A stretch of DNA of 64,000 bases from Isurus oxyrinchus (GCA_026770705.1 JANJGN010000026.1:33170001-33234000), one strand, 5' to 3'; positions 27,841-40,494 are shown, counted from the stretch's first letter. The notes: generated by a model from the sequence alone, not told the origin. A program made the numbers and translations.

Positions 27841-28919
27841 TATTTTCTTCATTCATGGAAATGTGAGTGGCACTGGCTTGGCCAGCATTTATTGCCCATC
27901 CCTAATTGCCCTTGAGAACAGTGTGGCTTATTAGGCTATTTATTGCTGTGGGTCTGCAGTCACATGCAGTCCAGACCAGGTGGCATTAGTGTGAACCACA
28001 TGGTTTTTACGACAATGGTTTCATGGTCATCATTAGATTTTTGAATTCAAATTTCATCATCTGCCGTGGGGGGATTCAAACACAGATCCCAAGCGAATTA
28101 CGAGCCAGGTGAGAATACCATTACACCACCGCCTCTCATACATATAGCTCCAGACCCACAATTTTGTGCAGCCCCATTCTCTGGCTATTTGATTAATTGC
28201 CCACCACCATTAATGACTGGATGTGACAGGACTTCAGAGGTAAAATCCAATCCGTTTGATGTGGGATCTTCCAGACTATGTGACTATGTGATATAAATAT
28301 TGGTATTGACTGGTGCAGTATTAATTAAAACAGGGTACAGTGACATATAAACAGAAACAGTGTTTGGTCTAACATAATAATAGATGAAGTCCAACTTAAA
28401 AAGTCAGAGACAGGGACAAGTGCAGCGTTAATTTAGACAATGCGTGCTTCGTAGAATGGATCCTTCAAGATTTCAAATCCATCTGCTGGCCAAACTTCGC
28501 AATTGCAGCTCCTGTGAAAATGTCGCTGTTCGGTTCGATCTTTGACATTATTGTGTCAAGAGTCCACTTCCTCAGATGTGATAACACATCACCTTCTGCG
28601 GGAGGTGTCAAAATTTAACACAATTCAACTAATTGCAGATGAACGTGGTTGATTAGCGCACGTTAAAGTCAGCACCAGAGTAAAGCGGCCCAATTCCTGG
28701 TGATGTAACTTTGTTCATCTTGATTATAGGGAGGGATGTTGACCAGGGAGCTCTATTGAGATCATGGGAACTTTAATGTCCACCTCAACAAACATAGTGT
28801 TGGGGAGAGTTATTGGTTCATGATACCACCTGATAGTTAGGGTAATTTTCTTCAATAGCTAGTGCTCCGGAGCCTCCCAGGAAGTCAAGGTGCTATCTTA
28901 ATTTGAAGCAGAAGATGCC

Positions 28920-30300
28920 ATTTTGGTTTGTGTGTGAGGGAGAGAGGCGGAGACGCACATCAAATTGTTTGCAACTGAATTTCACGAAGATCGTGGACAA
29001 CCTTCCATCGATGAAAGGTCACAGACACACAATGGAAACAAACCCATTTCAGATGTGCTGATGGCTGAGGAGGCCAATTGTGAGGCAGGTTCTGCTGGAA
29101 GTGCTGCACATGAAGCTACAAATGTCGTTGTGGGGTTTTTTTTCCGGTGATGACCTCGATTGCCAAGCTGCTGTAGCCACTGGTCATTGTGCTGGTTCAC
29201 GCCAACTCACAGGAGGTGTCGCCATTTTCCTCATTCATCAGTTTGTTACACTCAGTTGTGATAATCGATATTTAGGGCCTTCACTTCAAGCATCCTTGAA
29301 GTGGAGCTTTGGGTGTCCCACTGGTTGTCTGCCTCCGGCTACCTCACCATACGGAAAGTCCTTGTGCATGTGACCATCTTCCATCCTATGTACGTTGCCA
29401 AGCCACCAGCACCATCTCTGTTGCATGAGCTCTACCATCTTAGGAGCTCCGCCTTTGAGAGTACTACTGCATTTGTGACTTTATCCTGCCAGTACATAAC
29501 CATAATGCGCATCAGGTAGTGAAAATGGAAATTGTAGAGCTTCTTTTCTTGATAACTGTGAGTGGTCCATGTTTCACAGACATAAAGCAAGGTGCTGAGA
29601 GCACAGGCCTTATAAACCATCAGCTTGGCCCTAAGGGTCAGTTTGATGTTATTCCAGGGGCATTTCAGAGTCAGCCATGAATAGCAGCTGCTTTCCCCAT
29701 GCGGGTATCAAGTTCTGCAGCAAGAAACAGGCTTCCTGTCACCGTGGAACCCAGTGAGCAGAATTTACTTCCATCTGAGTGGTAATTAGTGTGATCAATG
29801 GCGTAAATGCAAAACCTTATCCCATGACCAGAGTTTCCTTCATGCTTATAGTCAGGGAGAACAAGTTACAGACATGGGAGAGTCAGTTCATCAGACTTTG
29901 TGGATGAGTTTCCTTTTTGATGACCAAGTTATCAGCTTCGAGCAATTCTTTGATCAGGATTCAATGTGTTTTTGTCTTCGCTTTCAGTCTTCTAGATTGT
30001 GGGGCTTGCAGTCTGACTGGGTGTGTGAGTAGACTCCTTGTATATCTACAAGGAAGGCAAAGATCAGCAGCGTGGAGAAGAAGATGCTAAACAGAATGGG
30101 GGCTAGGACACAGGCCTGTTTCATTCCATTCTTCACTCCGAATCTGTCAGAAGTGGAATCCTTAATCTGCACAGTGCAATGCATGTTGTCATGGAAGGAG
30201 TGAATGAGACTGAGGAGCTTTGGATGGCAGCCAATTTTCCACAAAATCTTGTAGGGTCCTGTTCTGCTGGTGGTGTCGAGCGTATGGAGCAGATCATTTC
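28920..30300 (-). mobile_element. RTE-clade LINE 3' fragment
   Basis: ORF pieces LWKIGCHPKLLSLIHSFHDNM...GMKQACVLAPILFSIFFS and VYKACALSTLLYVCETWT...WQDKVTNAVVLSKA are characteristic RTE RT motifs. Confidence 0.88.
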
Positions 30301-30544
30301 CAGGGTATACCTTCCGACACAAACACCACACTGTGCTTCGGCCTACACGTAGATGAAGTCTTTAAAGTCTGATCCGAGCAAAGGCCTTCCCCGTGACTCA
30401 ATGAGTGAGATATTCCTGTAGTTGTTGCAGTCTCACCTGTCGGTTTTGTTTTAGATAGTGCAATGATTATGATGTTCTTCATCTCCTTCAGAACGGATCT
30501 TAACTTTCAGCAGAGGAGGAGAAGGTCGTAAAGGCTGAGAAACA

Positions 30545-30892
30545 TACATAATTATATATACCAATTATTATCAATTCACGAAGGTAAATAATTATATTGA
30601 CGAATTACCATCAATTCACAAAGATAAATAATTATATTCACCAATTGGCATCAATTCACAAAGATAAATAATTATATTCACCAATTATTATCCATGCACA
30701 AAAGTAAATAATTATATTCAACAACTATCATCAATTCACAAAGATAAATAGTTACATTCACCAATTATCATCAACTCACAAAGATAAATAGTTACATTCA
30801 CCAATTATCATCAACTCACAAAGATAAATAATTATATTCATCAATTATCATCCATTCACAAAAATAAATAATTGCATTAACCAATTATTTTC
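30545..30892. repeat. AT-rich 40-bp minisatellite, about 8-9 copies
   Basis: Unit caattatcatcaattcacaaagataaataattatattcac. Confidence 0.92.
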
Positions 30893-31756
30893 AGTATTTT
30901 ATTTCATATAAAATGTAATTGCAGTTCATGTAATATCATTGACATTGATTGAGATCACATTGACCATTCTGTCAGCATGGAATCACATCTCTCCCAGAAT
31001 TCAGTGAGAAATGAAATTAAATCAGACCGAGGATAATGAGCAGCTACCCAGCAGCCTCTGCGCTTTATTGACAAGTAATCACCTCATCATCACACAGAAA
31101 CTCCTGATATATAACTGGAGTGTGTGAGCATTTGGAAAGTGATGGTATGAAAAAGGCTACCTGGTCCTGACGTTAGTTGATAAATATTTAAATCCAGATT
31201 TGTCATTTCCCTCGTCTGGAAGGTAAGGAAACATTTGCGGCACTCCATTGCGTTTCACACTATTTCTCTTTCCACAGTAATAGTGTTTAGTTTGTTACAT
31301 TCATTAATTTGGGTGAGGATATGTTGAATGTTTTGTTGTACATGAAAGGACCACATGTTGCAAATATTACAATCCTCCACCCTAATCTGTATTATATATC
31401 CGCTTTCTGTGTTAAAGATGATGATTGCCCATCAGCAGGGAAGAATCACCAGTGCCACAGGGACGTCTCCAGCCTTCTCTTGGTGACGTTCAGCTCGTTA
31501 GTTCCCGATAGGCAGGGGATGGAATTCATCCAGAAAATCTGAAAGGACTGAAGATATTAGACTGACACAAATTAAATACAAGACCAGCTTCAAGATATGA
31601 AGTGGTCAAGCACAAAGATGAGAAAGTAGGACAACATCTTTCAGACGCATCTATGGATACATCGATCAATTCACTCACTGATTCCTTCATGAAAATATTC
31701 AGGCATCCAACCACCATTCATTCCTGCACACTGCAGTCATCCCTCTATTTTTGGTA

Positions 31757-32135
31757 GACGGTTGTGTTGCATTAACGTCACTGGACTCGTAACCCAGACC
31801 CAAGCTATTCACGAATTCAAATCCCATTATGGCAGCTGGTGGAATTTAAATTCAGTTAGAAATCTGGGATTGAAAACTGGTCCCAGAGAAGGGCACCATG
31901 AAACTATCATTGATTGTGGAAAAAAGTCATCTGATTCACTAATGTCCTTTAGGAAAGGAAATCTGCCACTGTACCTAATCTGGCCTAAATGCGAGTCCAG
32001 ATCCACAGCAATATGGTAGACTCTAGCTGCCCTCTGAAATGGTTTCGCAAGACACTAAGCTCAAGAGCAATTAGGGAAAGGCAACAAATGCTGGCCTTGC
32101 TAGTGACTCTCCCATCCCGTGAAAGGGTAAAAGGG
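31757..32135 (+). mobile_element. tRNA-derived SINE (HE1-like) with LINE-type 3' tail
   Basis: B-box-like gaattcaaatccc in the head. The tail gcaattagggaaaggcaacaaatgctggcc...cccatcccgtgaa is shared with the LINE 3' ends at 39130 and 49170. Confidence 0.7.
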
Positions 32136-33699
32136 CAAAAAAATCACACAAACACACCTAATTTTCTATTTCCAAATTTTCATCTCTCTGAGTCCTATCT
32201 GATAGTCCGCCTGTAATTCTTTCTATCTATCCATCCATCCATCACAATATTATGATGTGTTGGAGAGGTCCTCCAATAAGCTTTTAATGCTAACAGGGTG
32301 TCAGAGAAGCTGGATAAGTTTTCTTTCCTAGGAGATGGAATAGTTCACATAGGTTCACAACTTAAAAAAATAAAACTGACTTCAGTGCTGTTGCTGGGTA
32401 GATTTGTTATAAATAGGCCTTATTGACAATGCTAAGTGCTTGCAGTTGGCTTGCAACCAAGCGGTCAGTACTGAGGAAACAGATCTTTCATTGACTGCAC
32501 AAACCCCCCAGATGCTTCCTGTAAATAACATTGGACATTCGAGCCTCCCTGACTGCAGCCGACTGGCTTGCTGCCAAATACTCTGTGGGGCAGATTAGCC
32601 TGGATATGAATCAACAAAATGGGATTTAGCAATTCAAATAATATTGCTTTCAGTCACACACGGAATACACATTTTAACTGGCATTTCATCCAAGGAAATA
32701 TTTTAATGAATGCCGTGTTCACTGAGATTAAACGCAATCAAAAAATATTAAATTGACCTTATACTAATTAATTTATATTATTTCGAAGTAAAGGGCATTC
32801 CAGTTATTAAAGCATGTTCATTAAGAACTTCGTGAAGTGCGAGAGGGCGATGTTGATGGTCACAATGTCCCAGTCCAATGAGACGAGTGCAATAGCAAAA
32901 ATTAAAAAGAAAGTAAATTAAAAGAAAATTGCTGAATTGCCTTAAAGCCGCAGAATTCCTTGAATATTCTCAGAGTTGTGCGCCTCATTTTATCTGAGGC
33001 GCCTCTTATTCCTGATTAGCACCGTGTACTGTACAGTTTAATTTGTGCTGATTTCTATTATTTAACAGTGCCTCTCATAGCTGCCAATGAATGGAGAAAT
33101 GACCAGTTCATGACCCGCTTCAGTGGAAGATAAAACATTTATTCTTGTGATATTGTGTAATATGCCGCAAAGTCCTAATATCCTGTGTTCCCCATACCAG
33201 TGAATGATAGACAGCCGGTGGCCAATAGAATTACCTATAATGATTTGGATGCTGATCAGATTTGCTGATCTCCGTGTCCATTCTATTCATTAGCTTCTCT
33301 GTCAAAAGTTGATGTAAATTTTATGTTTCTCTGTAAACGTACTGTTTAAATATCAGGGTGGCGGTCTTCTTTTTCCGCTAATTTTCACAGGGCTATCTTA
33401 GGTCAGGGGCTATTCGAGGAATGTAAGGAGAGACATTGCGTAATATGAGCAGATTCGTCTTATCTCTGGACCCAAACTGTATGGCGATAGCCACCCATTT
33501 TGAAAATAATATCACTTTGTTCATCCCCCGCATTTAGCTACATAAATCAATAATAATTCCTCTGACTAATGATACTTTATTACTGTAATGAGACAGAGAC
33601 CCGGAGTTGCTGCAAAACAGACTGACAGCCCTGATAATATAACTTATTTTTTTAGATTCAACCCGCTGTGAAGTAGTGTAGAAATAAATGGGCTTATTT

Positions 33700-33960
33700 T
33701 ACATTTGAATTAGTCATTTTTATGAACTGATTCTAAGCTACAATTCCACCATTAGAGCCAATGGAGACATTACAATAAATCCATTCAGTCAAATATCCCG
33801 ATACAGATAAAATGTCCACTTTTAACAATAATCTATTGTAAATATCTGAGTCCATTCTGTTGGGGATGTGGAAGGTGGGGCGTGGATCCAGTCGCCGCCT
33901 CCACCAGGGAATCAACAGGCGGCGCCTGGAAACCCGCCCCCTTCTGCCGGGTATTTAAAT
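33700..33960 (+). promoter_or_regulatory. Putative VH promoter
   Basis: TATA-like tatttaaat 33952-33960, GC boxes (ggggcgtgg ~33877, cccgcccc ~33933), CCAAT 33758-33762. No perfect octamer seen; only the 7/8 match atttgaat at 33703-33710. Confidence 0.55.
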
Positions 33961-34050
33961 GCCGCTCACTGGGGCCGGAATTCAACAATCCGGGAGTTGG
34001 TTTGTTCACTGAGTTCTGGACAGAACCATTTTCACCAAATGACCAGAAGG

Positions 34051-34096
34051 ATGAGGTCGGCGATTTCTCTCAGTTTGTTGCTGACTTTCTTATTCG
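34051..34096 (+). CDS. IGHV: IgH V leader exon (signal peptide MRSAISLSLLLTFLF-G)
   Basis: ATG at 34051 (in-frame upstream ATG at 34039); phase-1 donor g|gtgagt at 34097; hydrophobic leader. Confidence 0.95.
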
Positions 34097-34224
34097 GTGA
34101 GTAGTTTTTATTGTCCAAGTCTCTCACTGTTACTGTCTCAGTGTTAGTCTCTCTCTGGAATGTTACAGAGTCAAGAATTATTTCACCAGAATTAACCCTC
34201 GGGGTTTTTGATATATTTTCACAG

Positions 34225-34529
34225 GTGTCCAGTCGGAGATTGTGTTGACTCAGCCAGAGGCAGAGACCGGGCGTCCCGGAGGCACCCTGACACTGACCTG
34301 TAAAACCAGCGGCTTCGATCTTGGCAGCAATTGGATGAGCTGGGTCCGACAGGTTCCTGGACAGGGGTTGGAGTGGCTGGTTCGCTACTATAGTTCATCC
34401 AACAACAACTACGCCCCAGGAATTAAGAATCGATTTACTGCGTCCAAAGACACTTCAAGGAGCATCTTCTCCTTGGACATGACGAGCCTGAAGACTGAAG
34501 ACACCGCCATCTATTACTGTGCAAGAGAC
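34225..34529 (+). CDS. IGHV: Germline VH segment (shark IgM type)
   Basis: Acceptor ttttcacag|g; reads [53 protein letters not shown]...[11 protein letters not shown] with conserved Cys, Trp and YYC; open frame. Confidence 0.98.
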
Positions 34530-34568
34530 CACAGCGAGAGGAACCAGGGCTGGACCCGAACAAAAACA
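34530..34568 (+). other. VH 3' recombination signal sequence (23-RSS)
   Basis: cacagcg - 23 nt - acaaaaaca. Confidence 0.96.
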
Positions 34569-34936
34569 GATCGAGAGGGATTCAACAACTTCCATCGTAA
34601 CCTGACGGTCAGTGCTTGTTTTAATTGTAATATTAACTGTAATGATCAGAACCAGACAACAAGCCGCTTCTGACAAAAATAAAACAGCAAATTTAACAGT
34701 AAAACATAACAAACCAATTGATATAATGGGCTGAGCTTTTGCTGTGTTTATATTTACTGTTAACAGTTTCCACAATTACAGTCCTGGATATAATGTTCAT
34801 TTTAATATGTCTGATACTTGGAGGAGGGTCTCTGTTCATTGAGTTTTGTAAATTGCTGCATGAATTCTAAAGAAGATCAGAAGTAAACGTCTATTTGAAG
34901 TGAATATTAAGAAGCAGCATTGAACAGAGTGGGTGC

Positions 34937-35016
34937 AGTTTTTGTGCGGGTGTATTTCACTGTGATACTACAGTGGGTCACAGTGCTGTGCATAGCGACA
35001 TCCTCATACAAAAACC
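34937..35016 (+). other. IGHD: DH1 segment (34965-34978, atactacagtgggt) with 5' 12-RSS and 3' 22-RSS
   Basis: agtttttgt-12-cactgtg [D] cacagtg-22-acaaaaacc; matches the known 12/22-23 arrangement of shark D1. Confidence 0.96.
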
Positions 35017-35309
35017 TCAGAGAAGGAGTTTGTTTAAATTCGTGATCTCTAACACAGCAGGAACGACAAAGAAAATGATAGTTAAATAACATAATGGGTC
35101 GAGGTTTGCAAAAAGGTATTCCACTTTGTTCGTAGTGACGGACATGCTAAATCTGCAGAGATTTTGAAAGTATTCCAATCACATTTATAAAAATAATGAC
35201 CAGCACAGGCTGGAATATCTCACTGATTCATTCTTAAGCGAGTCGGAATCGGGTTTTTGAGAAGGCAGTGAACTTAAATCTCTATATTTTACAGTGAACA
35301 GTCTGCCGC

Positions 35310-35378
35310 AGTATTTGACATGGTGTGTCGCACTGTGATATACTGGATGGCACAGCAGTTACTGTCAATACAAAAACA
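35310..35378 (+). other. IGHD: DH2 segment (35338-35350, atatactggatgg) with 12/12 RSS
   Basis: agtatttga-12-cactgtg [D] cacagca-12-acaaaaaca. Confidence 0.95.
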
Positions 35379-35708
35379 CCTCAGCACTAATTGAGTCTGC
35401 CTGGATCAGTGCTCGCTTTTACAATCCAACTATATTTACAATGAAGTATTATTTTTGTTCAGCATTGACCAAAGCAACGTGATTTAAGATGGAAAAGTTG
35501 TGATAATTATCCATTCATCAGTTGGTGATTTCAATAACATCTTCATGTGCTACTCTGTGAATTATAAAAAATGAGGGTCATTGATGAAAAGCGAAAGATA
35601 TCCACAAACGCAAATATAATTTCGTGAGGATTCATCGTGATCTTCCTTTGCATCTGACTTATGAATATTTAGAATAATGGTGGATTTCTGTCTTTTTCGT
35701 GCAGGGAC

Positions 35709-35747
35709 GGTTATTGTATGTAACAGCCCAGGGAATGTAACACTGTG
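35709..35747 (-). other. JH 5' recombination signal sequence (23-RSS)
   Basis: ggttattgt - 23 nt - cactgtg. Confidence 0.95.
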
Positions 35748-35795
35748 ACGCTATGGACTACTGGGGTCAAGGGACCATGGTGACGGTGACTGCAG
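35748..35795 (+). CDS. IGHJ: JH segment (AMDYWGQGTMVTVTA)
   Basis: WGQG motif; phase-1 donor g|gtaag at 35796. Confidence 0.98.
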
Positions 35796-38700
35796 GTAAG
35801 AACGATGCACTTATTAAAAACTGTACTATTTAAGTCTTTGCTTTACATTTTTGTCTATTTTAATAATTCACTCGTTCACTGAAATGTGGGTTTGGTGGAT
35901 TCTGTGTGCAGATTTTTTTACAATGCTTCATGCGATTCTGCTGAAATTGAGTTATATAATTCCGCTGTGTCTTGACAAAAAAGTGTTACTGAGGGATTGA
36001 GTCCCTGGTTGTTGTGATTTGGTGTTTATCTGCTGAGGATACTGTGTGACCGGGCTACTTGAAATATCTAACGTTTGTTAAAACAGTTTGACGTTTCTGC
36101 AATGTTTAATCTCGGTGACATCTAATGGCTGCGGGTTTTACCATCTGTTACACAGGGTTTAAATATGTCTGAAATCAAGCCTAATTTAAACAAAATGTGC
36201 TTAAGTTTCAATGTTAATTTATTGAACATGTTCCGCCTACTCACAATGCTGGTGCCATTATTCCATATTTCTGTTTAGTTTAATTATTCATTCATTTGGT
36301 GACGATCGAGTTGTCTGGATTCGATGTTGAGTTTTTCTTGCAATGTGACATTGAATTCTGTTGGAAGTATTTGTTCAATTGAGCTGCTTCTCCATGAAAC
36401 AGGTTTCAGCCCCTCAGTGATGTGATTCTGGTGTATTTTCTGCTGAGGAGATTGTGTGTCTGGGTGACTTTGAATTAGTAGAATTTGTGAAACGGTTTGG
36501 CGGTTCTGCATTGTTTCTGCTTTGTTTAAACTCGGTGACATTGAGCGGTTTCACGTTTTGTGGTTGAATGGAAACAGTCTACGCGTTTGTATCTGCTTGA
36601 AGCGCGATTGTAGGCAGAAAACAGGTTTCAGAAATGGGGAAAAAGCGTTTAAAGATGCCTTAGAACATTTTGTTTTTATTTTAAGTGATAATTGCAAATT
36701 AAATTAAACCATGGATAATGACGCTCATTCAGAACATAACTCGGTACTGCAATCAGAAACTATATAATTAACAAGTTTTCAAATTGTAAAGTAAAATTAA
36801 TATAATTCAAACAATTATAATATGGTAATATTTCTCCATATTGACGGAACAACTTTCATATTAACATAATTGCTCTTTCACAATTCTGCTGTGCACTGCG
36901 CACTATTAAGATGATAGGAAAAGTTTTTAGGCTGGAAACATTTTGTGATTATGTAGTAAAAAAAATCAATAAGAATATACTGACTCTACATAATTGTTCA
37001 GATTCACAAGAGATTTTGAATTATTTCTTTAGATCCCTGATAACCTTTATCTTAAAATCTTAAAACCTTATCTTAAAGACTTAAAGAGGAGTTTGACATT
37101 GCAGTTTGGCAATATGTGTATCCGTTTATTACATTCTTTCTGTGCAACCAGAGCCGCATTATTCCTTCAATGTCATTGGGATTTGGATAGCGAGATAATT
37201 GTCACTAGTTTAATCTTAAACAGTTTTTTGGGGGTAGAATTTGCTGGCAGTAAATGAATTGTTCTTACATTTTCTTGAAATGTAGGAAGGTGCAGACTGC
37301 ATATGAATAGAGATTGACAAGTAAAAGCTTGAAATTCGAACAGATTAATTTAATTGCAAACATTAATATTAGTTTTGAGCTTAATAACAATACCCTGCCT
37401 CCCATAGTTGTGCTGGAAACAGAATAGAATTATAGGGGAAGAACAGATTATATCTGAGATTCATGCTTAATTCTTATTAAATGTTAAATTGAAGAACAAA
37501 ATCTCGAATCCTTTTGCTGGTTATATTTCAGTGGTGCAGATGATCTGAATGAATTGTTCTCATCAAGTTTTATACTGATCAATTTGGATCTTCTTTCAAT
37601 GAACAACATATTTAACCATTAAATTATAGGGATTGTTATCTAGGAAGCATTTTTATTGTTAAGTAACTGCTAGGAAAATTTTTTACATATAGCTTGGAAT
37701 TAAGACAAGTTTGCTTTAACCAACAGATGGTGTTACAGCCCATCGACAGTTAATGTGATGTGACCGCCGGCCATATTTGAAAATATTTAAAATATTCCAT
37801 TCATAAAGTCATCGTGTGAATTACTCGATGAGAATAGATGGAATTTATGATTTCTCAATGCATTCAGAAACACGCATAGTTTACAATTTTGTACGTTAAA
37901 ACAGAGCAGTGGAAGTAAAAGTAAAATAGTAAATAATGATTAGATTTAAGTAAAATTGATATACTTCTCTGAATGTTACCATCTGGTAATTTCAAGTTTA
38001 TTGTTGTTCAACATTGTTTCAGTGTCAGGTTGATTTAAATAAACCCCAATTATTTCACAAAGTACCAGGGAGAAACAAGTTTTCAATTATTGAAAACCAT
38101 TTTTAATATTATAGAGTAGAAATCAGCTAACAAGAAAATGAATTGACAATAACAAGATAATTAACTTACAAGATAATATTAGTGAAAATTAATTCAACAT
38201 AAATAAACTCCAGCAATTAAGTAGTCATTATAATGAATGCAAAATCTCAAAGGGTGGAGAGAATTTTTAATTGTATCCAAAATGAATTTAGAAAAGAATA
38301 CTTCCTTACTCAGCTGTGCTCAGCTCGATAAGGTGTTTCGCCTTGATGATTTTTTTGATTATATTTATATCTACAATCACATCAAATCAGTGGGTAATCG
38401 ATTTTCAATGTGAATATTTCCTGATTTGTTTAATTCTTACCCTGTCATTGAGTTTCTGTTACGGACATGAAATTACCCTGAATCTGTCATATTTAATGTG
38501 CTCATTTTCAGGGTAACTTAAATCTTGCATTGTTTGGAGATTTGAGGCAGACAGGGAGAATTAGATGGAGTTCAAAGGGAGTTTTAAAATGAAAATCAGA
38601 TTAATTTCAAAGAAGTTATAGAATAATTGTAGTAAATTGACCATTGATCAATTAGAATCAAACAGCTTGAATAAAATGGACAGATTGAACAGATCTATCT

Positions 38701-39129
38701 GCTGGGAACTCACTTGTTGCATCATTTATGTCTGTTCTGTTCCTGTGCGCGTGGTCACTGTGCTGGGACCAGGAATCTTCCTGACTGGTTGTAAACCTTC
38801 TGGTTCTCTCTGCTGTATTTCAGGAAGTGCAATTTGATTTATTTCTTCAAAAAACTTGTAACTGTGCGAAACGTGAAAGTTTGACTTTTTGACCAGGCAC
38901 CTCAGAAATGAGATGCCCAACCCAATGTGACAGTCAGAAAGGACAATTCAGAAACGACAGACAGGCTGTTGAAGGAGATTTGGTCGATTTTCAACCAGTG
39001 ATGTATGTGCCTTGGGAGTGTTCGGTTAGGCAATGCAGCAAGAGTTTTATTCTATTTTAATCTGTAGGGTAGCAGTCCTTGACCTATTTAATGGGACAGT
39101 GTGGAGGAATAAATTAGCCTGTATCTTAT

Positions 39130-39740
39130 TTTTAATCCTATCACAGGATGTTGGGGTCGCTGGAAAGGCCAGCATTTGTTGCCCATCCCTAATTACCCCT
39201 TGAGGAAGTGTTGAAATGCCCCCTCCTTGAATAGCTGCAGGTTCACTCACAGTACTGTTAGGAAGGGAGTTCCAGGATTCTGACATATTGACAGTGAAGG
39301 AACAGCGATATAATTCCAAGTCAGAATAGTGGGTGCCTTGGAGGGGAACGTACAGGTGGCAGTGTTTCCAAGCACCTGCTGCCCTTGTCCTTCTAGTTAG
39401 CAGAGATTGTGGGTTTTAAGGGTGCTCCTGAAGGAGCCTTGGCGGGTTGCTGCAGTGCATCTTGTATATGGTACACACTGCTGTCACTGTGTGTCAGTGG
39501 GGGAGGGAGTAAATGTTTAAGGTGGTGGATGGGCTACCAATTCTGTGGGCTGCTTTGTCCCGGATAGTATCGAGTTTCTTGGGGTTTTTTGAAGTTTCAC
39601 TCATTGAGGCAAGTGGAAACTATTCAATCCCAGTCCTGACTTGTGCCTTGTAGATGGTCAGATGTCTTTGGGCAATAGGAGTTGAATTGCTCGCCACAGA
39701 ATTCCCAGCCTCTGACCGGCTCTTGTAGCCACAGCATTTA
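39130..39740 (-). mobile_element. LINE 3' fragment (HER1-like)
   Basis: Contains ggaagggagttccagg (reverse complement encodes WNSLP) and the tail shared with the SINE at 31757; a shorter copy lies at 49170-49370. Confidence 0.65.
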
Positions 39741-40494
39741 TATCAAAACTGGATTGAACCCTCTCGTGGGCATATTTGATGGAGCAATGTAGAGAGAGTT
39801 TTATTTTATGTCAAACCAGTGCTGTACCTGACCCGGAGTGTTTGACAGTTCAGTGGAGAATTGGCTTTCTGTTGAATCCCATCCTTGCAGCTGATGACAG
39901 GAGTGTACCGGAGGAGGAGTGGGGTCTTTAATCCATGTCTTAACTTGTCCTGTTCCTGACCTGAGAGCCTTTTCCCAGCAGAGGTCAAACAAACTGAATC
40001 AGCATTGAACTAACTGGCTGTGAGTCCTAGACCAGATCTGTGAAAATAAATAGTTCCATTGCTCGGTTGAAATGACGCACATTAATTGTTTTTAACAATA
40101 TTTCTGGATAGAACATGTATGCATTTTAAATGAATTAATTATGTTTAAGCATTTTGAGTATCAGAAAATCATTGAATGTGAGTGACCTGAACTTGAGCAC
40201 AATTTCAGAACAAACAGAATCAGGGAGGGACAGTGAGGTCCAGAGAGCAGCGTCTGTTCTGATCTGATCAGGAGCTGCAAGTTATTTAAATGATTGAAAT
40301 GGACAATGACCAGACTCCCACTCCAAATAACCAGTCGTGGGGGATTTGGGGAAAAGGAGCCGCCATCAAAGACTGAGTTATTGAATTGCCGCCTGCATGG
40401 GGAGGAATGAATGACAGAAATAAGAGCATGAGGAGGACGTTCGGCCCTTCGATCCTGCCCTCCATTCAGTAAGATCATGGTTCATCTACCTCGA

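Noticed and set aside
34515-34521. Cryptic heptamer tactgtg in VH FR3 (VH-replacement signal)
   Set aside because: Forced by the conserved Tyr-Cys-Ala codons, and there is no upstream V in the window to act as donor.
34969-34975. Heptamer-like tacagtg inside D1
   Set aside because: Lacks CAC and lies 32 nt from the nonamer, so not a valid spacer.
35252-35260. Orphan nonamer ggtttttga between D1 and D2 (possible third D)
   Set aside because: No heptamer at 12 or 23 nt spacing.
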